Shown piece by piece: positions 19,289 to 31,730 of a stretch of 64,000 bases of DNA. The notes under the pieces were generated by a model that was given only the letters and a program-made list of their open reading frames with translations, made no database searches and was not told the DNA's origin. Source of the DNA: Alphaproteobacteria bacterium (GTDB lineage Bacteria > Pseudomonadota > Alphaproteobacteria > SP197); contig OZ219920.1 of assembly GCA_964291415.2 (NCBI GenBank), positions 1,592,571 through 1,656,570 of the forward strand. Direction: 5' to 3'. The position numbers were made by a program, and so were the translations under genes. Numbering within the stretch: position 1 is the stretch's first letter; the number at the start of each line of letters is the position of its first letter.

Positions 19289-20805
19289 CCATTGTCGAAG
19301 TCCGGCGTGTGGCGCGAGGGGCCGGCGGTTTCATCGAGTTCCTCGGGCCGATTCGCCCGCTGCAATGCGTCCAGCGCTCGCTTGCGGGCATACGCATGAT
19401 CGATCACAGGCAGGGGCCACGTGTCTCCGAGGTCGACGCCTGCTGCCTTCAGGACCGGCGCCGTCGCGGTCCACGGCACGTGGATGACCGCGTCCGGCAA
19501 CTCCGCAAGTTCGGGAAGCCAGCGACGCAGGTAACGCCCCTCCCCGTCGAAACGCCGCGACTGCGCGACCGGATTGAAGATGCGAAAGTAGGGCGCGGCG
19601 TCGACGCCGGTGCCTGCCACCCATTGCCAGCCCGCGCTGTTGTTGGCGCGGTCGGCATCCACCAGTGTGTCGACGAACCAGTCAGCGCCGGCGCGCCAGT
19701 CGATCAATAGATGCTTGGTGAGGAATGAAGCAGCGACCATGCGCACACGGTTGTGCATCCAGCCCGTGGTCCAGAGTTCCCGCATTCCTGCGTCCACCAG
19801 CGGATAGCCGGTGCGGCCACGCTGCCAGCGCTCAAGCCCAGCCGGATCGTCGCGCCAGGCCAGGCGATCGAAGGCCGGGCGCATGTTCTTGTGCTCCATG
19901 CCGGGATTGTGGAACAGGAGGTGGTGGGCAAACTCCCGCCAGCCGAGTTCACGCAAGAAGGCTTCGCCACCCTCACCAGGCGCCCTCGGGCCGATCGCGG
20001 CCGCGATCTGGCGAGGCCCGATCTCGCCGAAGCGCAGGTGGGGCGAGAGCATGCTCGTAGCCGGATCGCCCGGCCGGTCCCGATCGTCGCCATAGCGGGT
20101 GACGACACCGCAGGCGAACGTGTCGAGGCGCTCGCGAGCTGCAGCCTCTCCCGGCTGCCAGGCCGCCCGCAGCCCTGCGGCCCAGTCCGGGCCCCGCGGG
20201 CGCAGCCCCCAGTCTTCCAGCACATCGCCCGGCGGCCAGGTGCCGGGCGTGGGCAGGCGCGGCGAGGCACCATCGGGAGCCGCGAAACCGTGCTCCAGGC
20301 AGCGCCGCCAGAACGGCGTGAAGACACCGTAGGCCGTTCCGCTGCTCGTGCGGATGTCCCAGGGCTCGAACAGCAGCGCGGCGTTGAAGGAGCGCACCTC
20401 AATTCCGCGATTCCCGCACTCGGCCTTGATACGCCGGTCGCGATCGATGGTCTTCGGCTCGTAGAGCCTGTTCCAGACGATCGCCGAGCAACCGGTTTCA
20501 GCGATGAGCCCGATGAGGACCGCTTCCGCCGGGCCGCGGCGCAGGACGAGCCGGCTGCCCTGTCGCTCCAGGGTCTTTGCAAGCGCCTCCAGACTGCCAT
20601 GCAGCCACCAGCGCGATGCACCGCCGAGCGCAGTGTCGCCCGTTTCTTCGTCCAGGACAAACACCGGAATGATGGGTCGTCCGGTCCCGACGGCCCACGC
20701 GAGCGCCGGGTTGTCCGCAAGCCGAAGATCGCGCCGGTGCCAGACCAGCACCGGCCGTGCGTCGCTGACGCGACCTGCCCACTGCACTCCGGCTGCACTC
20801 GACAT
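19273..20805 (-). CDS. phrB: Deoxyribodipyrimidine photolyase (CPD photolyase)
   Basis: RRDLRLADNPAL, TSMLSPHLRFGEI, GRTGYPLVDAGMREL, MHNRVRM, APYFRIFNP; start uncertain. Confidence 0.93.
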   Translation of the reverse strand: MSSAAGVQWAGRVSDARPVLVWHRRDLRLADNPALAWAVGTGRPIIPVFVLDEETGDTALGGASRWWLHGSLEALAKTLERQGSRLVLRRGPAEAVLIGLIAETGCSAIVWNRLYEPKTIDRDRRIKAECGNRGIEVRSFNAALLFEPWDIRTSSGTAYGVFTPFWRRCLEHGFAAPDGASPRLPTPGTWPPGDVLEDWGLRPRGPDWAAGLRAAWQPGEAAARERLDTFACGVVTRYGDDRDRPGDPATSMLSPHLRFGEIGPRQIAAAIGPRAPGEGGEAFLRELGWREFAHHLLFHNPGMEHKNMRPAFDRLAWRDDPAGLERWQRGRTGYPLVDAGMRELWTTGWMHNRVRMVAASFLTKHLLIDWRAGADWFVDTLVDADRANNSAGWQWVAGTGVDAAPYFRIFNPVAQSRRFDGEGRYLRRWLPELAELPDAVIHVPWTATAPVLKAAGVDLGDTWPLPVIDHAYARKRALDALQRANRPEELDETAGPSRHTPDFDNGHASS

Positions 20806-21072
20806 CGTTCTCCCTTCCCGCTGCCGTTGCCCGGACCCCGTCGGCATGCAAGTCCAACTTGACGCGAGCAGGCATCTCATTGGCGGAGGTGCCGCGACAC
20901 CGCATTCGTCAGGGAGTTCAGGGAGGCACCTATACCCCAGTGCCGGGATTCGGGAAAACCTGCACAGCTGCGCCACGTTCCAGGCGCGGACCACTCGTTC
21001 CTCGGGTTGCCTTCATCGGGACATGACAGCGTGCCATACTCCCCGTCCCCTTGGTCCTGTGGAGTGTCGGCC

Positions 21073-22896
21073 ATGCGTCTCGTGTCAATTCTTGCTGTCC
21101 TGGTGCTGGCAACAGGATCCGCGCTGGCCGAAACGGTGCGGGAGTCCCACGGAATCTCGCGGTACGGCGACCTGAAGTACGACGAGACCTTCCGTCACTT
21201 CGACTATGTCAATCCTGACGCGCCCAAAGGCGGCGAGGCCCGCTTCTTCGGCTTCGGCGGCTTCGACACTCTCAACGCCTACAGCCTAAGGGGACGCAAG
21301 GCGGCCGGTCTGTCGGCGCTCTATGACACGCTGCTGAAGAAGTCGAATGACGAGCCGACCGCGGCCTACGGCCTGCTAGCCGACCGCGTACGGGTGCCGG
21401 ACGATCACTCCTGGGTCGCCTTCCGCCTGCGCCCTGAAGCGCGCTGGCATGACGGCACGCCCGTCACGGCGGACGATGTGGTCTGGAGTCTCGAAACCCT
21501 GCGCGAGAGCGGTCTGCCGCTCTATGCAACCTACTATGCCAACGTCGCGGAAGCGGTCGTGGAGGACGGTGGCTGGATTCGCTTCACGTTCGACGGACCG
21601 GGAAACGTCGAACTGCCACTGATTCTGGGTGAGCTTCCGATTCTGCCGCGCCATTGGTACGAGGGCCGGGATTTCGAGGAAGCCAGTCTCGATTTCCCGA
21701 TGGGAAGCGGACCCTACAGGGTTGTCGATGTCGATCCGGGCCGTTCCATCACCTATGCGCGCCATGAGAACTACTGGGGTGCCGATCTTCCGGTCAATGT
21801 CGGCTTCCACAACTTCGATCGAATTCGCTACGACGAGTATCTCGATCTCGACATCGCCATGGAAGCCTTCAAGGCGAACGAGTACGACTTCCGTTCGGAA
21901 AACAACTCCAAGCGCTGGGCAACGTCCTATAGCGGCAGCATCTTCGACGACGGCCTGGTCGTCGTCGAGAAGGTCGCGCACAGCCGTCCCCAGGGCATGC
22001 AGGGATTCGTCTTCAACCTGCGCCGCGAGAAGTTCGCCGACCCGAAGGTCCGCCAGGCGCTCGCCCTTGCCTTCGACTTCGAATGGGCAAACCAGAATCT
22101 CTTCTACGGCCAGTACCTGCGATCGGTGAGCTATTTTTCCAATTCGGAACTCGCCGCCAGCGGCACGCCGGACGAAGCCGAACGCGCCCTGCTGGAACGC
22201 CACGGCGAAGGCCTTCCGGAAGCCGTCTTCGGCGAGGTGCCCGTACCGCCGGTCACCGACGGATCGGGCAACAACAGAACCAATCTGCGCAAGGCAAAGG
22301 CCCTTCTTGCAGAGGCCGGCTGGACGGTCCAGGACGGCGCATTGACCGGCCCCGCCGGAACACCGATGGAGATCGAGTTTCTCATGGTCCAGCCGGCGTT
22401 CGAACGCATTCTCCAACCTTTCCGCGCCCAGCTGGAACGCCTCGGAGCCCGCCTGGAGATCCGGTCCATCGATGCCGCCCAGTACAAGGAACGCCTCGAC
22501 AAATTCGATTTCGACCTGGTGGTAACCGGTTTTGGGCAGTCGCGATCACCGGGCAATGAACAGAGAAACTACTGGAGCTCGGCCGCGGCCGACATTCCCG
22601 GAAGCAACAATCTTGCCGGTATCAGGAGTCCGGCAATCGACGCCCTCATCGAAGAACTCATCTATGCCGGCACCCGTGCGGAACTCGTCACGGCAGCACG
22701 AGTTCTCGACCGCGTGCTGCGCCACGGCCACTACGTCATACCCAACTGGCACATTACCTATGACCGGGTTGCCTGGTGGGACAGGTTCGGACAACCCGAC
22801 ATCGTTTCCGATGACGGCATCGTTCTCGACACCTGGTGGATCGATGCCGAGAAGGATGCGGCCCTCAAGGAACGGATCGGATCTGAAAACGACTGA
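21073..22896 (+). CDS. yejA: Peptide/microcin C ABC transporter substrate-binding protein
   Basis: Signal peptide; HFDYVNPDAPKGG, ARWHDG.PVTA.DV, SPGNEQRNYW. Confidence 0.88.
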   Translation: MRLVSILAVLVLATGSALAETVRESHGISRYGDLKYDETFRHFDYVNPDAPKGGEARFFGFGGFDTLNAYSLRGRKAAGLSALYDTLLKKSNDEPTAAYGLLADRVRVPDDHSWVAFRLRPEARWHDGTPVTADDVVWSLETLRESGLPLYATYYANVAEAVVEDGGWIRFTFDGPGNVELPLILGELPILPRHWYEGRDFEEASLDFPMGSGPYRVVDVDPGRSITYARHENYWGADLPVNVGFHNFDRIRYDEYLDLDIAMEAFKANEYDFRSENNSKRWATSYSGSIFDDGLVVVEKVAHSRPQGMQGFVFNLRREKFADPKVRQALALAFDFEWANQNLFYGQYLRSVSYFSNSELAASGTPDEAERALLERHGEGLPEAVFGEVPVPPVTDGSGNNRTNLRKAKALLAEAGWTVQDGALTGPAGTPMEIEFLMVQPAFERILQPFRAQLERLGARLEIRSIDAAQYKERLDKFDFDLVVTGFGQSRSPGNEQRNYWSSAAADIPGSNNLAGIRSPAIDALIEELIYAGTRAELVTAARVLDRVLRHGHYVIPNWHITYDRVAWWDRFGQPDIVSDDGIVLDTWWIDAEKDAALKERIGSEND

Positions 22897-22910
22897 TCGA
22901 AGGCAACGTC

Positions 22911-23993
22911 ATGTTCGCCTACATTGTTCGTCGCCTGCTGCTCATCGCCCCGACGCTGTTGGCCATCATGATGATCAACTTCGTCATCGTGCAGTTCGTG
23001 CCGGGCGGGCCTGTCGAACGCATTCTCGCTGAACTTGAAGGCACGGCTGTCAGCGCCACGGCACGGGTTGCAGGCTCCGGCAGCGAGGTCCAGACCGCAG
23101 GCGAATCGCTCTACCGCGGGGCCCAGGGACTGCCGGACGGCTTTGTCGAGAAACTTGAAAGGATGTACGGCCTCGACAAGCCACCGGTCGAACGCTTCCT
23201 CCTGATGATGGAGAACTATCTCACCTTCGACTTCGGAGAGAGCGCCTTCCGGAGCCGGCGCGTCGTCGATCTCATTATCGAGAAGATGCCCGTCTCGATT
23301 TCCCTTGGACTGTGGACAACGCTCGTCGTCTACATCGTCTCCATCCCCTTGGGAATCGCCAAGGCACGGCGCGACGGAAGCGCCTTCGACGTGTGGACAA
23401 GCGGCACCATTATCCTGGGGTATGCCATTCCGGGATTCCTGTTCGCCATCCTTCTCGTGGTGCTGTTCGCCGGCGGATCCTACTGGAAGCTCTTTCCGCT
23501 GCGTGGTCTCGTTTCTCCGGGTTTCGAGGACATGAGCACCCTGGGCCAGATCGCAGACTACTTCTGGCACCTGGCACTGCCCCTGACGGCCCTCATCATC
23601 GGCAGCTTCGCCACGCTGACCATGCTCACCAAGAACTCCTTCATCGACCAGATCCGGAGCCAGTACGTCACGACAGCGCGCGCCAAGGGGCTGAGCGAGC
23701 AGCGGGTCCTCTACGGCCATGTGTTCCGCAACGGCATGCTGATCATCATCGCCGGCTTTCCCGGGGCCATCATCGGCATTCTCTTTACCGGCGCACTCCT
23801 GATCGAGATCATCTTCTCGCTCGACGGCCTTGGCCTGCTCGGCTACGAGGCGGCGATTGACCGGGATTATCCGGTCATGTTCGCAACTCTCTACATCTTT
23901 ACCCTTCTTGGTCTCGTCATGAATCTCGTCGGCGACCTGATGTACGTCATCGTTGACCCGCGCATCGACTTCGAAAGCCGGGACGTCGGATGA
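22911..23993 (+). CDS. yejB: Peptide ABC transporter permease
   Basis: YIVRRLLL, PGGPVE, TARAKGL, DPRIDFE. Confidence 0.9.
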   Translation: MFAYIVRRLLLIAPTLLAIMMINFVIVQFVPGGPVERILAELEGTAVSATARVAGSGSEVQTAGESLYRGAQGLPDGFVEKLERMYGLDKPPVERFLLMMENYLTFDFGESAFRSRRVVDLIIEKMPVSISLGLWTTLVVYIVSIPLGIAKARRDGSAFDVWTSGTIILGYAIPGFLFAILLVVLFAGGSYWKLFPLRGLVSPGFEDMSTLGQIADYFWHLALPLTALIIGSFATLTMLTKNSFIDQIRSQYVTTARAKGLSEQRVLYGHVFRNGMLIIIAGFPGAIIGILFTGALLIEIIFSLDGLGLLGYEAAIDRDYPVMFATLYIFTLLGLVMNLVGDLMYVIVDPRIDFESRDVG

Positions 23994-25029
23994 GGTTCGA
24001 CAGCCACAGGCTGGACCCCATCTCGCGGCGGCGCCTGGCCAACTTCAGGGCCAACAGGCGCGGCTACTGGTCGTTCCGGATCTTCCTCGTCCTTTTTGCC
24101 TTCACCCTGCCGGCAGAGATGATTGCCAACGACCGGCCCCTCGCGGTCTGGTTCGACGGCGCTCTCCACGTACCGGTGCTGACGGTCTATCCCGAGACCG
24201 CCTTCGGTGGCGATTTCGAGACCGAGGCAGACTACCGCGACCCCTTCGTCAAGGACCTCATCCACGCCGGAGACGGGTGGATCGTATGGCCGCTCATCGC
24301 CTACGACTACCGCACCATCAATTACGACCTCCCGAGTCCGGCGCCCTCCCCTCCGACATCCGAAAACTGGCTGGGAACGGACGATCAGGGCCGTGACGTC
24401 GCGGCGCGGGTCATCTACGCCTTTCGCCTTTCGGTCATCTTCGGTCTCGTCCTGACACTCGTTTCCTCCGTCGTCGGCATCGCCGCCGGTGCGGTCCAGG
24501 GCTACTACGGCGGCTGGATCGACCTTCTGGCACAACGCGCCCTCGAAGTCTGGGGCGGCATACCCGTGCTCTACATCCTCATCATTCTGGCGAGTGTCAT
24601 CGTTCCCGGATTCTGGACCCTTCTTGGCCTTCTTGTCCTGTTCTCATGGACGGCACTGGTGGGCCTCGTGCGGGCGGAGTTCCTGCGCACCAGGAACTTC
24701 GACTATGTCAAGGCGGCGCGGGCACTGGGAGTGACCGACAGAGTCATCATGGTGCGCCACGTGCTCCCCAACGCCATGGTGTCGACCCTGACCTTCCTGC
24801 CCTTCATCCTCAACGGTTCGATCACCACGCTCACCGCTCTCGATTTTCTCGGATTCGGCCTGCCGCCGGGTTCGCCGTCGCTTGGAGAATTGCTGAACCA
24901 GGGACGCAACAACCTTCAGGCACCGTGGCTCGGGCTGACGGGTTTTGCCGTCGTGGCACTGATGCTCTCTCTCCTCACCTTCACGGGAGAGGCCGTACGC
25001 GATGCCTTCGATCCCCGGAAGTTGCCGTC

Positions 25030-25033
<4 letters not shown>
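23990..25033 (+). CDS. yejE: Peptide ABC transporter permease
   Basis: NRRGYWS, ANDRPL, LGTDDQGRDV, GEAVRDAFDPRK. Confidence 0.9.
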
Positions 25034-26655
<1,622 letters not shown>

Positions 26656-26673
26656 TTTCTGGAGGGAGACATC

Positions 26674-27606
26674 ATGGCACTTCTCTACATGAGCGGACAC
26701 TGCGACGGTCCGGTGTGGGAGGCATGTCTCGCTCCCCATTCTCCCGGCCTCGATTTTCGCATCCACCCCGACAGCGGCTCGCCCGAAGACATCGACGCGG
26801 CCCTGGTCTGGAACCATCCGCTTGACGATCTGGCGCGCTTTCCCCGTCTCAGGCTCGTCATGTCCCTTGGCGCCGGCGTCGACCATATCATGGAGTCACG
26901 TCATCTCGTTCCCGATGGCGTCGCCCTGACACGCATCGTCGATCCCGCCATGACCGCGCAGATGACCGGCTGGTGCGTCATGGTGATGCTCGACCACCTG
27001 CGCCGCATGGAAGACTACCGCCAGCTTCACCGGGAGCGGCGTTACGAGGAGCTCGAGGTCGCGCTGCCGCGTGATGTCACGGTGGGCATCCTGGGACTCG
27101 GCGTGCTTGGCGGGGACTGCGCCCGCGTCATCGCGGCGATGGGATACCGGGTCAGGGGATGGAGCAGGTCGCCGCATGAGATCGATGGCGTGACCTGCCA
27201 TTCCGGACATGAAGCGCTCGAGAGCTTTCTTGCCCCCTGTGACGTCGTGATCTGCCTGTTGCCGCTCACCAGAGAGACCGAAGGCATCCTGAATGCCCGC
27301 ACGATGTCCTGGATGAAGAGGGGAGCCTTTCTCATCAACGCAGCACGCGGTGGCCATGTCGTGGAAGAGGATCTCGTACGGGCGATCGACGATGGCCATC
27401 TCGCCGGCGCCACGCTCGATGTCCAGCGCCAAGAACCCATGCCTGACGACCACCCGTTCTGGTACCACCCGAAGATCCTGACCTTTCCGCACATCGCGGC
27501 CCTGACCGTGCCGGAAACCAGCGCTCCCCAGATTGCCGAGAACTGCCGGCGGCTGCACACCGGCGAACCCTTGATCAATGTCGTGGACCTCGACCGCGGC
27601 TACTGA
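26674..27606 (+). CDS. ghrA: Glyoxylate/hydroxypyruvate reductase A-like 2-hydroxyacid dehydrogenase
   Basis: SLGAGVDH, GLGVLG, GWSRS, NAARG, PHIAA, VDLDRGY. Confidence 0.8.
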   Translation: MALLYMSGHCDGPVWEACLAPHSPGLDFRIHPDSGSPEDIDAALVWNHPLDDLARFPRLRLVMSLGAGVDHIMESRHLVPDGVALTRIVDPAMTAQMTGWCVMVMLDHLRRMEDYRQLHRERRYEELEVALPRDVTVGILGLGVLGGDCARVIAAMGYRVRGWSRSPHEIDGVTCHSGHEALESFLAPCDVVICLLPLTRETEGILNARTMSWMKRGAFLINAARGGHVVEEDLVRAIDDGHLAGATLDVQRQEPMPDDHPFWYHPKILTFPHIAALTVPETSAPQIAENCRRLHTGEPLINVVDLDRGY

Positions 27607-28667
27607 TCGGGGATGACATCCGCTACCGGGACGTCCGAAAGGTCGAGTCCGGCTTCCGCGTAGTAGGCGGCCGCGCCGGGATGCAACGGCACGGCCGCGC
27701 CAAGCAGTGCATTGGAGAGCTTCATCTGTCGCGCCGCGGGATGTCCGGAGGCCAGTCGCTCACCGTTGTTGGGGTGCCACAGCGCCCGCGTGATCCGGTA
27801 GACCAGGTCGTCAGGCGCGGCTTGTGTCACGATCCACTGCACGCCGATTGCCAGCGTGGTGACATGGGAAAGACCCGGATAGGACCCTTCCGGAACCACC
27901 GACAGGGAAAAGAAGGGATGATCAACGAGAAGGCCAAGCGCATGTTCCGCAGGGATCGGCAGGAGATCGGCGATTCCTTCCTCGACAAGGTCGAACACGG
28001 AGTTGGCCGGATAACCGGCGATGACGAAGAGTCCGTCGAGATCGCCCGCTCTCATCATGGAGACGGCCGGTCCATGCTTGATGTAGCGGACATCGAGATC
28101 GGCATCGCCAAGACCGTAGGACTCGAGAATGATTCGTGCGGCAACCAGCGTCCCCGATCCCTCGACATCCAGCGATATCCGCTTGCCGGTCAGGTCCGGG
28201 ACAGAAGCAATGCCGGCATCGCGTCTGACGACGATGTGGATGACCTCGGGATAAAGGCTGCCGATCAACCGCAACTGCTGCCGTGGATCGCTGCCGGCAA
28301 AGATGCCGGTCCCCGTGTAGGCCCAGTAAACGACGTCCGATTGGGAAAACCCCGATTCCACGTCGCCTGAGACGACCGATCCGATGTTCTCGACCGCGCC
28401 TTCCGACGACAGGGCCGTCGCCAGAAGCCCGGGCACGCAGCGGCCGCCATCCTCCTCGCAGTCCGGCACCCCCGGCGGACCGGAAATGACCGTGGCCACG
28501 AGTGCACCCACCGGAAAGAAGGTCCCGGCTGTGCCGCCGGTTGCAATGCGAAAGAATGTCAGGTCGGCTTCAGCCAGAAGTGCTGACGGCACCAGCGCTG
28601 CCATGATGCCACCGGCTCCCGTCGCGAGCGCCGACCGGCGTGGCATTCCCGATACCGGCTTGACCAT
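27600..28667 (-). CDS. TAXI-family TRAP transporter solute-binding subunit
   Basis: Tat-like RRSAL signal; IATGGTAGTFFPVG, LYPEVIH, GSGT, PLHPGAAAYY. Confidence 0.88.
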   Translation of the reverse strand: MVKPVSGMPRRSALATGAGGIMAALVPSALLAEADLTFFRIATGGTAGTFFPVGALVATVISGPPGVPDCEEDGGRCVPGLLATALSSEGAVENIGSVVSGDVESGFSQSDVVYWAYTGTGIFAGSDPRQQLRLIGSLYPEVIHIVVRRDAGIASVPDLTGKRISLDVEGSGTLVAARIILESYGLGDADLDVRYIKHGPAVSMMRAGDLDGLFVIAGYPANSVFDLVEEGIADLLPIPAEHALGLLVDHPFFSLSVVPEGSYPGLSHVTTLAIGVQWIVTQAAPDDLVYRITRALWHPNNGERLASGHPAARQMKLSNALLGAAVPLHPGAAAYYAEAGLDLSDVPVADVIPDQ

Positions 28668-28970
28668 CTCCTGTTTCCCTCTTGCCGCCAGAAGCGCTGC
28701 CAACTCCCCCCTTCTACTCTACGACAGCAGGCCTTCAACGTCATGCGGCCTTCAACGACGCTTGCACATGACGGGATCGGCCTTGTCTGACGTGATTTCG
28801 GCCAGGTCCGTTGAACCGGAGCGATTGGGACACCGGCTTTTGTCATGTCCATTTCCTGATCCCGGGTATGGCAGGACCAGCCGAACAGTTGGAAACTGGC
28901 GTCGGGTGCAACCGGTGAGGTTCCCGCAACGCGCGGACATGGCGCCAGTCATGTTCGCGAGGGACATGAC

Positions 28971-30500
28971 ATGACGACAGCAGGTGACAGGCGGCGTTCC
29001 GGGCGACGTGGCAGGAGACCCCCCAAATCCACGGCTGCGTTGACGCCGACGAGGCGGCGCATGCCTGCCTTTGAGCCTTTCGGCGAGGACGTGCTCGAAG
29101 CCATCGAGAGCCAGGCCGACTGGATTCTCGACACCATCGGCATCGACTTTCGCGGAGACGACGTCGCGCTGGCGCTCTTCCGGTCGGCGGGAGCGCGTAT
29201 CGAGAACCAGCGTGTCAGGATGGAGCCGGGTCAGGCGCGCGCACTGTGTCGATCCGCACCGGAGACTTTCGTGCTTCATGCACGCGATCCGCGGCGAAGC
29301 ATCACGCTGGGCGGCGATCACGTGGTGCTGATGCCAGGCTACGGTTCGCCTTTCGTCACCGATCTTGACCGCGGGAGGCGCTATGCCTCACTCGAGGATT
29401 TCAGGAACTTCGTGCGGCTCACGTTCATGACGCCGTGGCTCGCTCACTCCGGCGGCACCGTGTGCGAACCTGTCGACATCCCTGTCAACAAGCGCCATCT
29501 CGACATGACGCTGGCCCACCTCACGCTCTCCGACAAACCCTTCATGGGCGCGGTGACCGCACCTGATCGTGCGCGCGATTCGATCGACATGGCCCGCATC
29601 GTCTTCTCTCCGCAGGTGATGGAGGAGAACGCCGTCATCCAGGCCAACATCAATGTCAACTCCCCGCTCGTCTACGACGCCGGCATGTCGGGGGCTCTCA
29701 GAGTCTACGCCGGGGCCAACCAGTGCGTCGCGGTCTCTCCCTCGGTCATCGGCGGCGCCATGGGCCCGCTCACACCTGCGGCAATCTGCGCCCAGACACT
29801 GGCTGAGGGCATGGCGGGGATCGCGCTCGCCCAGCTTGTTCGCCCGGGGTGCCCCTGTGTCCTCGGAAGTTTCCATGCCACCATGAACCTGAAATCAGGC
29901 GCCCTGACCTTTGGTACACCCGAAGCCAACCTCGTGACACTTGCCCTGGCACAGCTCGGCCGCAGGCTTCGCGTTCCCGTGCGCTCCGGAGGTGGTCAGA
30001 TCTCGGCTTCCAACACGCCTGACGGGCAGGCGATGCAGGACAGCACCAGCGCCATGTGGGCCACAATGATATCCGGCGCCCACCAGATCTGGCACGCCGC
30101 AGGATGGCTCGAGGCCGGACTCACGATGTCTTACGAGAAGTTCGTCATGGATGTCGATCACTGCGGCATGATGCTCCGCATGCTCCAGGGTTTCCGCGCC
30201 GAAGGCGAAGACCTGGCAGCCGACGCCTACCTGGAGGCCGCCCCGGGCCAGACCCACCTGGCAACGGCCCACACACTGCGCCAGTACCAGAGTGCGAACT
30301 TCATGCCCGGGATACCGGAACCCGGCCCCTGGGAGGCCTGGTCCGCTGACGGATCCAGGCGCGTGGAGGAACGGGCCAACGCCGTCTGGAAGACGATGCT
30401 GGACTCCTACGAGGCGCCATCGATCGATGTTGCGGTCGCCGAGGCCCTCCGCGACTTCGTCGCCTGGCGCAAGTCATCGATGGAGGATGCGTGGTACTGA
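28971..30500 (+). CDS. Trimethylamine methyltransferase (MttB) family protein, non-pyrrolysine
   Basis: PGYGSPFV, SGGTVCEP.D, SDKPFMG, NSPL, FGTPE, HAAGWLE..SYEKF; no in-frame TAG. Confidence 0.9.
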   Translation: MTTAGDRRRSGRRGRRPPKSTAALTPTRRRMPAFEPFGEDVLEAIESQADWILDTIGIDFRGDDVALALFRSAGARIENQRVRMEPGQARALCRSAPETFVLHARDPRRSITLGGDHVVLMPGYGSPFVTDLDRGRRYASLEDFRNFVRLTFMTPWLAHSGGTVCEPVDIPVNKRHLDMTLAHLTLSDKPFMGAVTAPDRARDSIDMARIVFSPQVMEENAVIQANINVNSPLVYDAGMSGALRVYAGANQCVAVSPSVIGGAMGPLTPAAICAQTLAEGMAGIALAQLVRPGCPCVLGSFHATMNLKSGALTFGTPEANLVTLALAQLGRRLRVPVRSGGGQISASNTPDGQAMQDSTSAMWATMISGAHQIWHAAGWLEAGLTMSYEKFVMDVDHCGMMLRMLQGFRAEGEDLAADAYLEAAPGQTHLATAHTLRQYQSANFMPGIPEPGPWEAWSADGSRRVEERANAVWKTMLDSYEAPSIDVAVAEALRDFVAWRKSSMEDAWY

Positions 30501-30536
30501 CATCAGCCGCCTGTCGGAAACACGAAGGATTCCGTC

Positions 30537-31730
30537 TCACAGGACAACGAAGCCGGCGATGCCGGCGAGCAGCACGACCGCCCAGGCGGGTGCCTTCCAG
30601 ACGGCGATCGCCACGAAGGAGGCCGCGGCGATGGCAGTCGCCAGAGGTGAAATGAGGCCGGCGGAGAGGATCGGGTCATAGAACACGGCGGCGAGGAGTC
30701 CCACCACCGCGGCGTTGACTCCGGCAAAGGCGCGCCGGGCCGTGGGCGCGCGGCGCAAGAGCCCCTGAAAGTGCAGGCCGCCGACAATGAGAAGGGCCGA
30801 GGGGATGAAAATCGCCACCAGCGCAATCAGCGCCGCCAGAGCGGACGGTGGTGACTCCGTCACGGCGCCAAGGTAGGCGGCGAAGGTAAACAGCGGTCCG
30901 GGAATCGCCTGCGCAGCACCGTAACCCGCCAGGAAGGCCTCACGGTCAACCATGCCGGTGTCGACCACCTCGGCCTCGAGGAGAGGCAAGACAACGTGGC
31001 CGCCGCCGAAGACCATCGAACCTGCGCGATAGAACGCATCGACGAGAGGCCATGGGCCCTCGCCAATGAAGCCGGACGCCACCGGAAGAGCCAGGAGAAG
31101 AAGGAAGAAGACCAGCAGGGCCAGGATGGCAACCGGCCGGCCAACGGGAACCTCCATCGGCCCTTCCCCATCCTGCGCCGGTTCATCCCGCAACCAGACG
31201 AGACCGGCAAGCCCTCCCCCGACGATGACCAACAGTTGCCCGGTGGCGAAAGGAATCAGCATGGCGCCAATCATGCCGGCGACCGCAATCGTCGCCCGCT
31301 TGCTGTCCGGCGCCAGGCTGCGCGCCATGCCGATGAGCGCATGGGCGACGACCGCCACCGCGGCGGCCTTCAATCCGTGGATCCAGCCGGTACCCAGAGC
31401 CGCTTCGAGTTCCCCCGCACCGAAGGCGAAGGCGGTGAGAATGAGCGCCGACGGGAGCGTGAATCCAAGCCACGCCGCCAGCAGCCCGCCATAGCCGGCG
31501 CGCATGAGCCCGATCGCCATCCCGACCTGACTCGAGGCGGGACCGGGAAGGAGCTGCCCCAGCGCGACAAGGTCGCCATAGACCCTGTCGTTCATCCACT
31601 GGAGCCGCACAACAAAGGCCTCGCGAAAGTAGCCGAGATGGGCCACAGGCCCCCCGAAGGACGTCAGCCCCAGAAGGAGAAAGACGCGGAAGACCTCAAG
31701 CGGCGAACCGCGTTTACGTCCGGACGTCAT
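30537..31730 (-). CDS. chrA: Chromate efflux transporter (CHR family)
   Basis: SFGGPVAH, LPGPASSQ, FGGGHVVLP, PGPLFT. Confidence 0.9.
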   Translation of the reverse strand: MTSGRKRGSPLEVFRVFLLLGLTSFGGPVAHLGYFREAFVVRLQWMNDRVYGDLVALGQLLPGPASSQVGMAIGLMRAGYGGLLAAWLGFTLPSALILTAFAFGAGELEAALGTGWIHGLKAAAVAVVAHALIGMARSLAPDSKRATIAVAGMIGAMLIPFATGQLLVIVGGGLAGLVWLRDEPAQDGEGPMEVPVGRPVAILALLVFFLLLLALPVASGFIGEGPWPLVDAFYRAGSMVFGGGHVVLPLLEAEVVDTGMVDREAFLAGYGAAQAIPGPLFTFAAYLGAVTESPPSALAALIALVAIFIPSALLIVGGLHFQGLLRRAPTARRAFAGVNAAVVGLLAAVFYDPILSAGLISPLATAIAAASFVAIAVWKAPAWAVVLLAGIAGFVVL

